Under the pieces are notes generated by a model, which was given only the letters and a program-made list of their open reading frames with translations, was not told the DNA's origin and did not search any database. Positions 48,337 to 57,757 of a DNA stretch of 64,000 bases are shown here, piece by piece; positions within the stretch are counted from its first letter, which is position 1; each line of letters opens with the position of its first letter. Source of the stretch: an uncultured Enterobacteriaceae bacterium (GTDB lineage: Bacteria > Desulfobacterota > Binatia > Bin18). Both the position numbers and the translations under genes were made by a program. The DNA lies in assembly GCA_964441775.1 (NCBI GenBank), contig CAYTVL010000005.1, forward strand, positions 63,348 to 127,347, in the 5' to 3' direction.

Positions 48337-48765
48337 ATGTATCTTTTTGAAACCAGCATCGGAGAAGTGTTCAGACCCCGACCAAGACCACCAGCCAGAC
48401 CCCAGCCGCCGCCGAAAGAGGGATGGGTGACAAAAGACGGGCATCGACGTTTTTGTGGCAGCCCCAGCGGGCGCGCCGTGCAGTGCGATCTGGAATTGAA
48501 GATTCGATTTCGCCGTTCTTTCGAAGAGTTTCTCCAGGAGGTGGAAAATGCCTACGGAAGATGGGTGTCGAGAAGCACGGCGCGGATGTTAGTGAAAAAA
48601 TTGCAGAAGGATCTCAAACAGTGGCACGAGGAGATGCTGTACTTCACTGTCCTAGAGAATGACCCGCTGGTGCTTGTCGTTGGTCTATACTATCACAAGT
48701 CGAATGGCTCTTGGCTGGGGAATGATAGTTCCTTACGGCAGTGGCGGCGGCTCATTGATATTTAA
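48337..48765 (+). CDS. Hypothetical protein, last gene of the cluster
   Basis: 142-aa ORF after an AGGA RBS, with a Pro-rich N-terminal linker. Confidence 0.6.
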   Translation: MYLFETSIGEVFRPRPRPPARPQPPPKEGWVTKDGHRRFCGSPSGRAVQCDLELKIRFRRSFEEFLQEVENAYGRWVSRSTARMLVKKLQKDLKQWHEEMLYFTVLENDPLVLVVGLYYHKSNGSWLGNDSSLRQWRRLIDI

Positions 48766-48822
48766 AAAATAGACGGATTCGTTTGTACGAAGACGAGAGC
48801 AAAGGGGGATGCAGAGTGAACG

Positions 48823-51606
48823 CTACTTTTTATATTTTTGTAACGTCAGCTCGCCTTTGAGCCGATACAGCTCCGCTGCGAAGAAGCGCCCGCCGGTGCG
48901 CTGTTCCTCAACGAGACATTCTTCGAGCACGGCGAGACCATCTTCAGGATGTCCTGCTCGTCCATACGCCTCTGCCAGGAGTGCGAGATACGAAGGCTGG
49001 GGAGACACAGCGCCTGTTGCTCGCCAAGCAGCGAGACTCTGTCGCATGTGGACGATCCCCGCCGCAGGATCGTGGTGTTCGGCGGACAGCGCCCCGCCAG
49101 ACACTTTCGCCAGGGCTAAGTAGGACGCAAAATTATTCTCCTCTGCGATCGCCTGGAGTTCTTGTTGATGTTGTTGAACCGTGGTCCATTCCTCCAGAAG
49201 CCAATTGGTGACCAACGCTAAATCGAGAGCGTAGACCAAGTTATACGGCTGCCCGAGCTCGCGGGCGCGCCTCAATGCTTCTTGACTTCGTTGTCGCGCC
49301 TGTTCAGGATATCCGAGCAACCACAAAACCGGACCCAGGTGGGCGCAACTCAACACTCCGGCGTCATATTGGAGGCTCATGGAAGGTTGGGACTCATAGT
49401 AGGCTAGGCTTTGCTCCAAATGCTCACGGGCTGCGCCCTGGCGCCCCTGGTAATACAAGGTTAACCCAAGCGCAAAATGGGCCCAGACGGCAAACCGCGG
49501 GGCTTGTAGGGTTGGTGCTAATCGCAGGAGCTGTGTCGCGAGCTCGTGAGCCGTCGTTAACTCTGCTCGTTCTACGGCATGCGCCCAAAGCCCTATCAAT
49601 GTTCTGAAGATCTGCGGCGTCTCTCCCAACTGGCGACACAGCTCGCGACCGCGCGCAAACGCACGCGCCACCTCCAGCGTGCCGAAGCCATGCACCACGG
49701 TCAGCACCTCTCCTAAGGTCAGTTGCAAAGTAAGTTCCTGTTGGCTCTGCTCAGGAGAAGCAGGAAGAAGGGCTAGCAGGGCTAGCCCTTTCGTAGCATG
49801 ATACACGGCCTCGGCATGGGCTGATTGCTGACGGGCATTCTTCGTTGCGTGCTGATAGTACTGCAACGCTTTTGCATAGTCTCGGCCCAGTTCAAAGTGC
49901 ACGGCAAGTTCGGCAGCAATGGCGCTCGCTTGCACGCCATACGCAGCTTCTTTCCGCTCGCCAATCCGCCGATGCAGGTGAATGCGGCGGGCGTCACTAA
50001 GCCGCTCATAGAGCACCTCGGGGTACAACGCGTGCTGGAACATGTAGCATCCCGCCAGTGTTCCATCAGGCCATTCTTGAATGTCTGCAGACCGAATGAG
50101 CCGCTTCTCGCGCGCCAACTCTGCACATGTCGTCTCCACGTTTTCTATCGGTTGGTCTAATCCCGCCGCTACTGCCGCCACGGCGAATTCTTCCCCTACC
50201 ACACTGGCGACTTCCAAAAGGCCTCGCTCTATGGCTGACAGCCGTTCTATCTGCTGGGCAAGCCACTGTCGTAAACTCTCTGGCACCTGATTAGCCAGCA
50301 CACCTATTTCCCCACGGATCCGCCATGCGCCTTGAATCGCCTCGACGACGCCCTCGCTGACGAGATGCTCTACAAGCGTCACCATGAAGAGTGGATTGCC
50401 CTCCGTGCGCTGATGAATCACGCGCGCGAGGTGTTGGGGAGACGTGACGCCGGAAGGTGATGAGAATGTACTTCTCTTCCCATCTCCGCTGCCGTGCGGG
50501 GCTACCATAAAGGAGGCGCACGCCATCAGATACTCAGCCACTGCTTCCTCAGTCAACAATGGCAATGAGAGTTCTCCACACAACCCGTGCAGGTGCAGCT
50601 CGCGCTTGATCGTTAGCAGGGGATGCCCCTTCGCCACGACATCCATCGGGCGGTAGGAGCCGAGCACCAACAATCGCGCTTGCTCTTGTCGCCGTGCGAG
50701 CAAGGCAATGAGTTCTAGTGTCGAGCTATCGCTCCAGTGTAAATCCTCCAAGCGCAGAATAAGCGGTTGTTCAGCCGTCAGCGTACTAATGGCGTCTCCC
50801 ATCTCCCGTAGCATGCGCTCCCGGGTGGAGCCCTCTACTTTGCGTTGCAGAGCTTCCAGGTGCGCCACGCTGAGGAGGGTCGGCATCTGCACTAACCACG
50901 TCGGAGCGTGCTGGTCTAGGAGCAGGATAAGCCGTTCTCCTCCAGGGGCTCTACAGAGCTGCCCGAGCGCTTCCAGTATGGGCATGTAGGCTTCACCTTC
51001 TCCATATTGCTCAATGCAATGTCCATATCCGATCCAAAAATCTTGATCAGAGAGTTGGCGTAAAAACGCATCGAGCAAAGTCGTCTTGCCTATCCCTGGC
51101 TCACCGGTGACGAAGAGCACTTGCCGTTCTCCATTAAGCGCCTGAGCCAAGCGCTCGTGGAGGTGGGCCAGCTCCGCCTCGCGACCAACTAGAGAAGTGC
51201 CCCGTTCCCCGTTCCCCGTTCCACATTGTGGACTTGCCTCCCTTCCCTGCATCCTTTGAACTTGAAACCTGGAACTTGGAGCCGGTTGGGTGGAAATAGG
51301 AGGGAGGAAGCGATACCCTCGCCGATGCACGGTCGCTATGTAACGCGGCTGCCGTGCGTCGTCCCCAAGCACAGAGCGCAACTCGCGAATACAGCTCCGT
51401 AGTACGGTGTCCGTGACGATGGTTTTTGCCCAGACGGTCTCCAGCAGCTCCTCCTGCGTAACAAGCTGCCCGGTGTGCGTCGCCAAGTGACGTAACACCG
51501 CAAAGGTTTTTGGGCGCAGCGGGATCGGCTGATCCTCCCGCCAGAGCTGTTCGTGCGCTAATCCCAGACGAAAAGGACCGAAACACAACCCATCGGAACT
51601 TTCCAT
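48823..51606 (-). CDS. OmpR-type winged-helix + AAA ATPase + TPR regulator
   Basis: FGPFRL..LRPKTFAVL..LRSCIRELR..TVHRRGYRF, Walker A GEPGIGKT, EDLHWSD. Confidence 0.92.
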   Translation of the reverse strand: MESSDGLCFGPFRLGLAHEQLWREDQPIPLRPKTFAVLRHLATHTGQLVTQEELLETVWAKTIVTDTVLRSCIRELRSVLGDDARQPRYIATVHRRGYRFLPPISTQPAPSSRFQVQRMQGREASPQCGTGNGERGTSLVGREAELAHLHERLAQALNGERQVLFVTGEPGIGKTTLLDAFLRQLSDQDFWIGYGHCIEQYGEGEAYMPILEALGQLCRAPGGERLILLLDQHAPTWLVQMPTLLSVAHLEALQRKVEGSTRERMLREMGDAISTLTAEQPLILRLEDLHWSDSSTLELIALLARRQEQARLLVLGSYRPMDVVAKGHPLLTIKRELHLHGLCGELSLPLLTEEAVAEYLMACASFMVAPHGSGDGKRSTFSSPSGVTSPQHLARVIHQRTEGNPLFMVTLVEHLVSEGVVEAIQGAWRIRGEIGVLANQVPESLRQWLAQQIERLSAIERGLLEVASVVGEEFAVAAVAAGLDQPIENVETTCAELAREKRLIRSADIQEWPDGTLAGCYMFQHALYPEVLYERLSDARRIHLHRRIGERKEAAYGVQASAIAAELAVHFELGRDYAKALQYYQHATKNARQQSAHAEAVYHATKGLALLALLPASPEQSQQELTLQLTLGEVLTVVHGFGTLEVARAFARGRELCRQLGETPQIFRTLIGLWAHAVERAELTTAHELATQLLRLAPTLQAPRFAVWAHFALGLTLYYQGRQGAAREHLEQSLAYYESQPSMSLQYDAGVLSCAHLGPVLWLLGYPEQARQRSQEALRRARELGQPYNLVYALDLALVTNWLLEEWTTVQQHQQELQAIAEENNFASYLALAKVSGGALSAEHHDPAAGIVHMRQSLAAWRATGAVSPQPSYLALLAEAYGRAGHPEDGLAVLEECLVEEQRTGGRFFAAELYRLKGELTLQKYKK

Positions 51607-51926
51607 GCCTACTTTCTTAGCAGATGACCAGCCAAATACCACACAAATGCCACAGTTTTGTGACAACTTCTGCCCTTTTCTTTGTTATCTTTCGTGCGTG
51701 AGGCGATAACCTTGGGCGGACGGAATCGCGGGACACGTCTGTTTCTCATGGTGGATTTTCTCAGCTCACTCGGCGCCCTCGCTCGCTTGATGAAGCGATG
51801 CTGATGCGTGCTACGGTGTGGAGTCCCTGCGCCCCGCTTACGTTACAAGGTCTACAGAGCAAGAGAACTTCGGGAACTTGTCCCGATATTCACTTCATAT
51901 TGTTGGCGTCTGCAGGGGGGAAGCTC

Positions 51927-53339
51927 ATGAAAGCCGGAGCACGTTGTATCATCGCTGCAGGAGAAAGCTATACTCTTTTCAAAATCTTAATGGAGAGCGT
52001 TCGCGAGTCGGTCTTCGTCATAGAGCCGAGCACAGGGCGCTTGGTGGATGCGAATCAACAAGCGGCCAAAACGTTAGGGTACGCGCTTGATGAACTTCGA
52101 ACGGTGGAAGCAGATCGTATTTTCTCTCCTGGGGCGACGTTCCTTCAGGAGTTGACAACAACCACCAGTGTACCGTCTCTCTCCGCCGTGCAACTCCTCA
52201 CGAAACAGGGGCGCTGTCTTTCCTTCTCGCTAGAAGCGCAAGTCGTAGAACACTACCCGCAGAAGGTGGTGTTAGTAGTCGCTAGCGACGTGACGCCGAC
52301 CTTGGCGGTTATGTCTGCTCGTCAAATCTCTCCCCTCTCCACTTGCCAGGAAGAGCAATCGGAGGCGCTTGAAGCTCCCTTCGTCGTGCCAGGCATTATC
52401 GGGCAGAGTGAGCAAATCAGCGCCGTGTGTCGGCTGATCGGCTTAGTCGCGCAAGCCAACACCACTGTGCTGATTCAAGGCGAGAGCGGCACAGGAAAAG
52501 AATTAGTTGCCCAGGCTATCCATGCCCATAGCCGCCGCAATCACCACCCATCAATTACGGTGAATTGCGCCGCGCTGACCGAAACCTTGCTTGAGAGCGA
52601 ATTGTTCGGCCACAAGAAGGGCGCGTTCACCGGAGCGATCCAAGAGAGAAAAGGACGCTTCAAACTTGCCGATAGAGGTACGATTATTCTTGATGAAGTT
52701 GACAGCTTGTCACTCTCGGGCCAAGCAAAACTCTTGCGTGTTTTACAAGAGAAAGAATTCGAGCCAGTGGGGGACGCGACAACGGTGCGCGTGGACATAC
52801 GGATCGTTGCGATTACCAATGCTGACCTTGCGAAGAAAATTCAGGAAGGGAGCTTTCGAGAAGATTTGTACTATCGGCTCAACGCGTTTCCTATTCGCCT
52901 CCCAGCACTCCGAGAGCGAAGGGCGGACATCCCTCTGTTGGCGCGTCACTTTTTGCAGAAGTCCTCTGCTGCACTCAAAAAACCCGTCCTCGATATTGCG
53001 CCCGAAGCTCACGCCCTGCTGCTGGATTACGCTTGGCCTGGAAACGTGAGAGAACTAGAAAATGCGATCGAATACGCGGTGATTTTGGAGAAAGGTTCTT
53101 ATCTGACCGCTCCGAGTTTACCCGATAAACTCCAAGCCAGAACGCGCCGCCATCGTTCACTCAAAGAACGCCTTGAGAGTGCAGAAAAGCAAATCCTTAT
53201 TGAAGCTTTGAGCACAGCCAACGGGGTACAGGCTCGTACGGCTGAGTTCCTCGGAATTGATCGTCGAAATCTCGGGTATTTTCTCCAGAAACATGACCTC
53301 CATTTCCCGACGCCTCTATCCGAAGGTCCGGACTCATGA
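51927..53339 (+). CDS. PAS-domain sigma54-dependent (Fis-family) transcriptional activator
   Basis: GESGTGKE, ESELFGHKKGAFTGA, FREDLYYRL, WPGNVRELEN, C-terminal HTH. Confidence 0.93.
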   Translation: MKAGARCIIAAGESYTLFKILMESVRESVFVIEPSTGRLVDANQQAAKTLGYALDELRTVEADRIFSPGATFLQELTTTTSVPSLSAVQLLTKQGRCLSFSLEAQVVEHYPQKVVLVVASDVTPTLAVMSARQISPLSTCQEEQSEALEAPFVVPGIIGQSEQISAVCRLIGLVAQANTTVLIQGESGTGKELVAQAIHAHSRRNHHPSITVNCAALTETLLESELFGHKKGAFTGAIQERKGRFKLADRGTIILDEVDSLSLSGQAKLLRVLQEKEFEPVGDATTVRVDIRIVAITNADLAKKIQEGSFREDLYYRLNAFPIRLPALRERRADIPLLARHFLQKSSAALKKPVLDIAPEAHALLLDYAWPGNVRELENAIEYAVILEKGSYLTAPSLPDKLQARTRRHRSLKERLESAEKQILIEALSTANGVQARTAEFLGIDRRNLGYFLQKHDLHFPTPLSEGPDS

Positions 53340-53436
53340 AGAATGTTCGGCGTATCGCCGCACATGATTTTTTGATTAAATTGAGATGATTCTGGAGAGG
53401 GAATTGAGCTGAAGTGATAAACGTGGTTAATGATTC

Positions 53437-53520
53437 AACCTTGTGAAACTCCCATACCGATGTTCAAGCGTTGTCATTTTGATCAAGAGGTTATTATTCT
53501 ACGGGTGCGATGGCGCCTCA
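53437..53520 (+). mobile_element. IS6-family transposase 5' remnant
   Basis: From 53460 the sequence reads MFKRCHFDQEVIILRVRW, matching the IS6 N-terminal FKxRHF..IIL.VRWY pattern. Similarity then stops. Confidence 0.6.
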
Positions 53521-54020
53521 GTCAGGGATTCTTGACGCAGCTCCGCTCGCGTCCGGGAAACACGGCGCCGGGTCCGCTCACGCAGGCGAGTGCGCCTTGC
53601 GTGAGTCTGGTCGCAGAGCGCGGACGAGCTTCGGGCAAAATAGCGACGCGGATGCGCCTGCAGCGCTGCGGCGGCGTGCGGATGGACCTCTAACCAGTCC
53701 TGGAAGAGCTCCTGCTTGCGCACGAACCGGCTATCCCACAGCAGCTCCGGATCTTGACAAAACGACTGTGCAGTCTCGCGGTGCGCGTTGAGATACTGCG
53801 CAAGACTCTGTAACTCGCGGGCACTGATCTGCGCCTCGTATCGCCCCGACAGCGACCCAGAGTCCGGATCCGCGAACACGGGAAGAGTCAGACTGAAGAC
53901 GCTAACGAGCAGCAGGGCGGCAAAGACTGAAGCGGTGAACCGTACCGATATGAGAATTGTCTTTTTTGTTGAAATGCCATCCATAAAGAGGACAGCTTCC
54001 TTAAGAAGGTCAAGGTCCAC
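53499..54020 (-). CDS. Hypothetical exported protein
   Basis: Hydrophobic signal-like segment ending VFA. The 3' end runs into the IS6 relic. Confidence 0.5.
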   Translation of the reverse strand: MDLDLLKEAVLFMDGISTKKTILISVRFTASVFAALLLVSVFSLTLPVFADPDSGSLSGRYEAQISARELQSLAQYLNAHRETAQSFCQDPELLWDSRFVRKQELFQDWLEVHPHAAAALQAHPRRYFARSSSALCDQTHARRTRLRERTRRRVSRTRAELRQESLTEAPSHP

Positions 54021-54093
54021 TCTTTCTTCTCACCACCCTAGCGGAAGAGTCCGCTTTGAGAGGGGCCCCAATACCTCTCGGAGACCAGAGCGG

Positions 54094-54762
54094 TTAGGGA
54101 TTACACCGAATGGGGGTCGTGGATGTATCGGGGTTGGTACAGAGCGGGCCGAGGCCGGTAGCGGCGCTCGGGAGGCTGATCATGGCGAGCGGCCCTGCAT
54201 GATGCTCTCCGTTAAAGGGTGTCGGCTTGGTGACATCGAAGCCACACGCTGCCGCATCTTTTGGGTCGTTGAACCAGAAACCGACATGGAAGGTGTTGGT
54301 CGGAGGGAGTTTCACGTCCGGATCAAAACCGAAGATTTGGTCCAGCAAAATCGTTTTGATCGTCACCCTGGTGCGCCCTTGATCATTCACTTCAATGTCG
54401 GATTGATACCAGGCCAACCCGAAGCTTTTGTTGAATTTGTTGGCAAAGTCCGGATCGGGATGTCCATTGGCCAAGAGGTTACTGCGCTGGACCGTGAAAA
54501 GATCAAACGCCAGGCCGGGCTTGATGTTCCGCAGCCGCAACACGAGCACGTCGTTCACCTTCCCTCGTACGACCGTCACATCCGCGATTGGTGGGTGTTG
54601 CGGGTCGTTGGGGTGGGCAGCCAGGCAGGCAACGAACGGCGGGTTTGGCGTGAGAAAGAACTGCGTCGCGTCTGGTGCAGCGGCCACTAGCGGCCTGGCG
54701 CCGGACAGTAGGATTACACTGCAGACGCCAAGTATGGTCGAGAACGGAAAACGTCTCATCAT
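54094..54762 (-). CDS. Hypothetical secreted protein
   Basis: Signal peptide (…LVAA), 222 aa, GGAG RBS. Confidence 0.7.
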   Translation of the reverse strand: MMRRFPFSTILGVCSVILLSGARPLVAAAPDATQFFLTPNPPFVACLAAHPNDPQHPPIADVTVVRGKVNDVLVLRLRNIKPGLAFDLFTVQRSNLLANGHPDPDFANKFNKSFGLAWYQSDIEVNDQGRTRVTIKTILLDQIFGFDPDVKLPPTNTFHVGFWFNDPKDAAACGFDVTKPTPFNGEHHAGPLAMISLPSAATGLGPLCTNPDTSTTPIRCNP

Positions 54763-54927
54763 CTTTCTCTCCTTTCTGTCGTAGAGTTGTATGGTGGTTC
54801 GACAGACGATAGTATTGATGTCTTCTGGTTACTCATGCATGCCAGCGACACGCTGAAAGAGGCTCTTCACCAGCGCAGCCAGCAACCCGATAGGCTTCTC
54901 TGTCGGAATGCCGTTGGTCTCCCGTGT

Positions 54928-56193
54928 CTACACCTCCTTTCGTACAGACTTCCTCCGCTTGTGGTCGTATCGGCAAGAATACAAAGCTATGCCGACGATG
55001 TGCCGCCCCAGCTTCCGCCCGTATTTGGCGAGCAACCGCACCGCTCTCAGCACGTAGTAGCAGAGGTAAAGCGCCCTCGGCAGCCGCACGAGGGCGTATT
55101 CATGACGACTGGGGGTAAGAACATCCTGCGAGGCGGCCCTGATTCTCTCCCGTAGACCGTCTCGCAGGGCGACACAGAACCGCTCGTGATTCAGCAGTTT
55201 TGGGTAACTGTCGCCCTCGGCAGCGCCGGGGAAGAGGCAGGCTCTGATATACGTGATGAGAAAAGGCATCTGGGGCAGGGCGCGGCTCTGCTGCTGGAGC
55301 ACTTGGGGAAGGGCGAAGCCCAGGAGACCCGCGGCGCTGTGGAGGCCCAGCGCCAATATGCGCGCCGCCCCTATGCGCTGGGCCTCCTGGATCACCCACG
55401 GCCAGTCAAGATCCGGATGTCGCTGTAGGAGGGCCGCTACATCGCAGAGCTTGATCAAACGCAACCGTTGCGCAGCCGCGTCCTGCGCGGTCTGCGCACA
55501 GAGGAGCAGCAGGAGGTCGGCAGGAGCCAGCGTGCTGACCGGGGTGCCGGTTAGGGAGATGGTGACCCGTCGCTGCCAAGCGCGAGAGAAGTCGAGGCGA
55601 AACGGGAATTGAGGAGGCGCTACGCGCTGATGCACGTCTACTTGTATGCTTTCCTTCGCCGCCACAAAGGTCCGTTCGTACCCATAGTCCACATCCAGCC
55701 GCCAGCCATAAGCCGTGAGCAGGTCGGGAACACGGAACTCATAGTCCCACGGGTCAACCCAAAGATCTAAGTCCCCAGCCTGGCGGAGCAGCAGGGTCCC
55801 ATAGACGGCCGCAGCCAACGTGGGACCTTTATAAGGGAGGACGGGGATCCCATGCGCTGCGAAGAGCTGCACGAGGTTGAGCAGGGCCGTAGTGCGGAGG
55901 AGGGCGTACGAGGCGTTGGTCACGAACTGGCGGCGGAGGTGCTCCACGTGCATCGATGGTACTGTGTCCGGGCCGAGCCTTGTGAGCGTGCGATGCACGA
56001 GGGGTAACAGTCCATGCCGACCGGCGAGGGTGAACAGCCACTCCCAATTGAGCTCCGTGCAGAGCAGTCGCTTGAGAAGCTCGGTTCTGTCGTCATTGAG
56101 ATAAGTCCGTACGCAGCAGAGTAGCATCTCCGCTTCAGGGCACACCCCGTTAGTGAAGGGCTGTTCTCGTGTTGGCTCCATTTCCGCACGCAC
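54928..56193 (-). CDS. Nucleotidyltransferase family protein (RiPP-cluster type)
   Basis: LPYKGPTLA...RQAGDLDLWV...VDVH motif. Confidence 0.88.
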   Translation of the reverse strand: MRAEMEPTREQPFTNGVCPEAEMLLCCVRTYLNDDRTELLKRLLCTELNWEWLFTLAGRHGLLPLVHRTLTRLGPDTVPSMHVEHLRRQFVTNASYALLRTTALLNLVQLFAAHGIPVLPYKGPTLAAAVYGTLLLRQAGDLDLWVDPWDYEFRVPDLLTAYGWRLDVDYGYERTFVAAKESIQVDVHQRVAPPQFPFRLDFSRAWQRRVTISLTGTPVSTLAPADLLLLLCAQTAQDAAAQRLRLIKLCDVAALLQRHPDLDWPWVIQEAQRIGAARILALGLHSAAGLLGFALPQVLQQQSRALPQMPFLITYIRACLFPGAAEGDSYPKLLNHERFCVALRDGLRERIRAASQDVLTPSRHEYALVRLPRALYLCYYVLRAVRLLAKYGRKLGRHIVGIALYSCRYDHKRRKSVRKEV

Positions 56194-56319
56194 GACTCAC
56201 CAGCCAGTCTTCCGATGACAGGGGCCCCCCGCCGCACCGAGCGAGCCATTCGCCTCAGGAGACAGGGCGAAGTTCGGTGCAGGCACAGGATCTCCTTCAG
56301 ATCCCTTGCCTGCAGCGGC

Positions 56320-56604
56320 TCAGCCCTCCAACAGGTGGACAAGCTGGTGATGGGAGAGTGCTTCTAGGAGGGCCAGCATGCTCTGATCCGCCTGCTCTGA
56401 AGTCACATCAAACTCGGCTTGTAACTGCTGGCTAATGGCCCGCAATGATCGGTGTTGTTTGAGGCCCTGCCAGATCCGCGTCCCGGTGAGGTTAAGGCTA
56501 TAGTAGGTTTTATGCTCGAGATGTAGCAGCACGGTCTCTTGCCCCTCAAGCTCCGTATCGACGACCTCAGGGTGAGGACACAGGCGCTGATCGAAGGTCA
56601 CCAT
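56320..56604 (-). CDS. PqqD-family RiPP recognition element
   Basis: ETVLLHLEHKTYYSLNLTGTRIWQGL...LQAEFDV...LLEAL. Confidence 0.9.
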   Translation of the reverse strand: MVTFDQRLCPHPEVVDTELEGQETVLLHLEHKTYYSLNLTGTRIWQGLKQHRSLRAISQQLQAEFDVTSEQADQSMLALLEALSHHQLVHLLEG

Positions 56605-56605
56605 G

Positions 56606-57322
56606 TCACTTCCCTCCTCCAAGCTGGTCTTCTTCCTCCTCACAGTCGGGTGCAGCGTCCGGATCCGCTCTCCCCAAGACATCCACAGAGAAGGTGAAAG
56701 GACGGGTATCCTTTAAACACAGCGCAAACGGCAAATCGATAACAGGAAAACTGGGGAGGGTTTCCAGTGGACATAGGAGGCCGGGCGGGTCTCGCAGCAA
56801 ATCGTCCAGCGTCAAGATGGTCCCGACGCCTCCCGGTTCGTCGGAGAACACCTCCGTATCGCCGCCAAACAGCACGCGGTGGTCTGGGGGGAAGTTCGTG
56901 ACTTGAATCTGGAGGTCTGCCAGCGGGGGGTTGGAATCCTTGTTCACGAGAACGGCCCGAAAGAGAAAGATATCGGGAAATTCTTCTGGGCAGGACAGTC
57001 CTTCCAGGGCTCGCAGTTCCGCCGGGAGGAGAAAGTCTTGAAGCGGTTTCCCCTGATTGGAAGGGTTGATGCAGGTCTGGCTCCCATCGATCCCCTGTTG
57101 TGTGTCATTGAGGATGGTACAGAACGTACCAGGGAGCGCGGAAAGGCTCACCAGGTCGTTCACATTCGTGAGATCAGCAGAGGACGTCCCACACAGTACC
57201 GATCCCGCCATCACCAGGAGGAAGAGCAATGTGTGTACCTGTTGTGTAGCGATGGGTCGTAACGCGAGGCTGGGCCCACGCCAGTCCGGCCTTATCCTGT
57301 CTGTGTGCATCTTCGTGCTCAT
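56606..57322 (-). CDS. Hypothetical exported Cys-containing protein
   Basis: AAGGAGG RBS, hydrophobic segment LLFLLVMAGSVLCG. Confidence 0.55.
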   Translation of the reverse strand: MSTKMHTDRIRPDWRGPSLALRPIATQQVHTLLFLLVMAGSVLCGTSSADLTNVNDLVSLSALPGTFCTILNDTQQGIDGSQTCINPSNQGKPLQDFLLPAELRALEGLSCPEEFPDIFLFRAVLVNKDSNPPLADLQIQVTNFPPDHRVLFGGDTEVFSDEPGGVGTILTLDDLLRDPPGLLCPLETLPSFPVIDLPFALCLKDTRPFTFSVDVLGRADPDAAPDCEEEEDQLGGGK

Positions 57323-57584
57323 ACGATGTCCCTCCTTCGTCGGTCCCGCCTGTGCGCTACCACGCAGCGCACGGGGGGAGCGGTGGTTCCATACGACTGC
57401 ATTGCTGTGCAACCGCCTTCATTCACGTAATCGTCAGTGTGGCGCTCCAAGAGAGCAGTCCCCTCTCCTCCTCTGCTCGTACGGTCTCAACGAGTGCGAG
57501 GAAGAGGGGACCCGTGTATGTCTCGGTGATCAGTGCGTCTTGCTGCCCCGAGCGGGCAATAGCATGAAGTTAAGGAGTCCCGCG

Positions 57585-57754
57585 CTTCGACTGCGGCGCT
57601 GTGCGCCGCAGTTTATCCTGAGCGTCCTTCGACTCCGGGGCTTTGCCCCTACGCTCAGGATGAGCGGGAGCGAAGGGCTCAGCATGAGCGAGGCTTTTAC
57701 TTTCTTTTTCCTTTACCCGCTCGCCCTGAGCGTAGCGGAGCGAAGTCGAAGGGT
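57585..57754. repeat. REP-like family 3 (CTTCGAC...ACGCTCAGG..GAGCGG) cluster
   Basis: Several CTTCGAC/GTCGAAG and CCTGAGCGT/ACGCTCAGG inverted arms. Confidence 0.7.
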
Positions 57755-57757
57755 GTG

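Noticed and set aside
35039-48765. Tailed prophage, eCIS/T6SS or encapsulin
   Set aside because: No recognisable terminase, portal, sheath, tube, baseplate, VgrG/PAAR or HK97-type motifs, and no integrase or att repeats.
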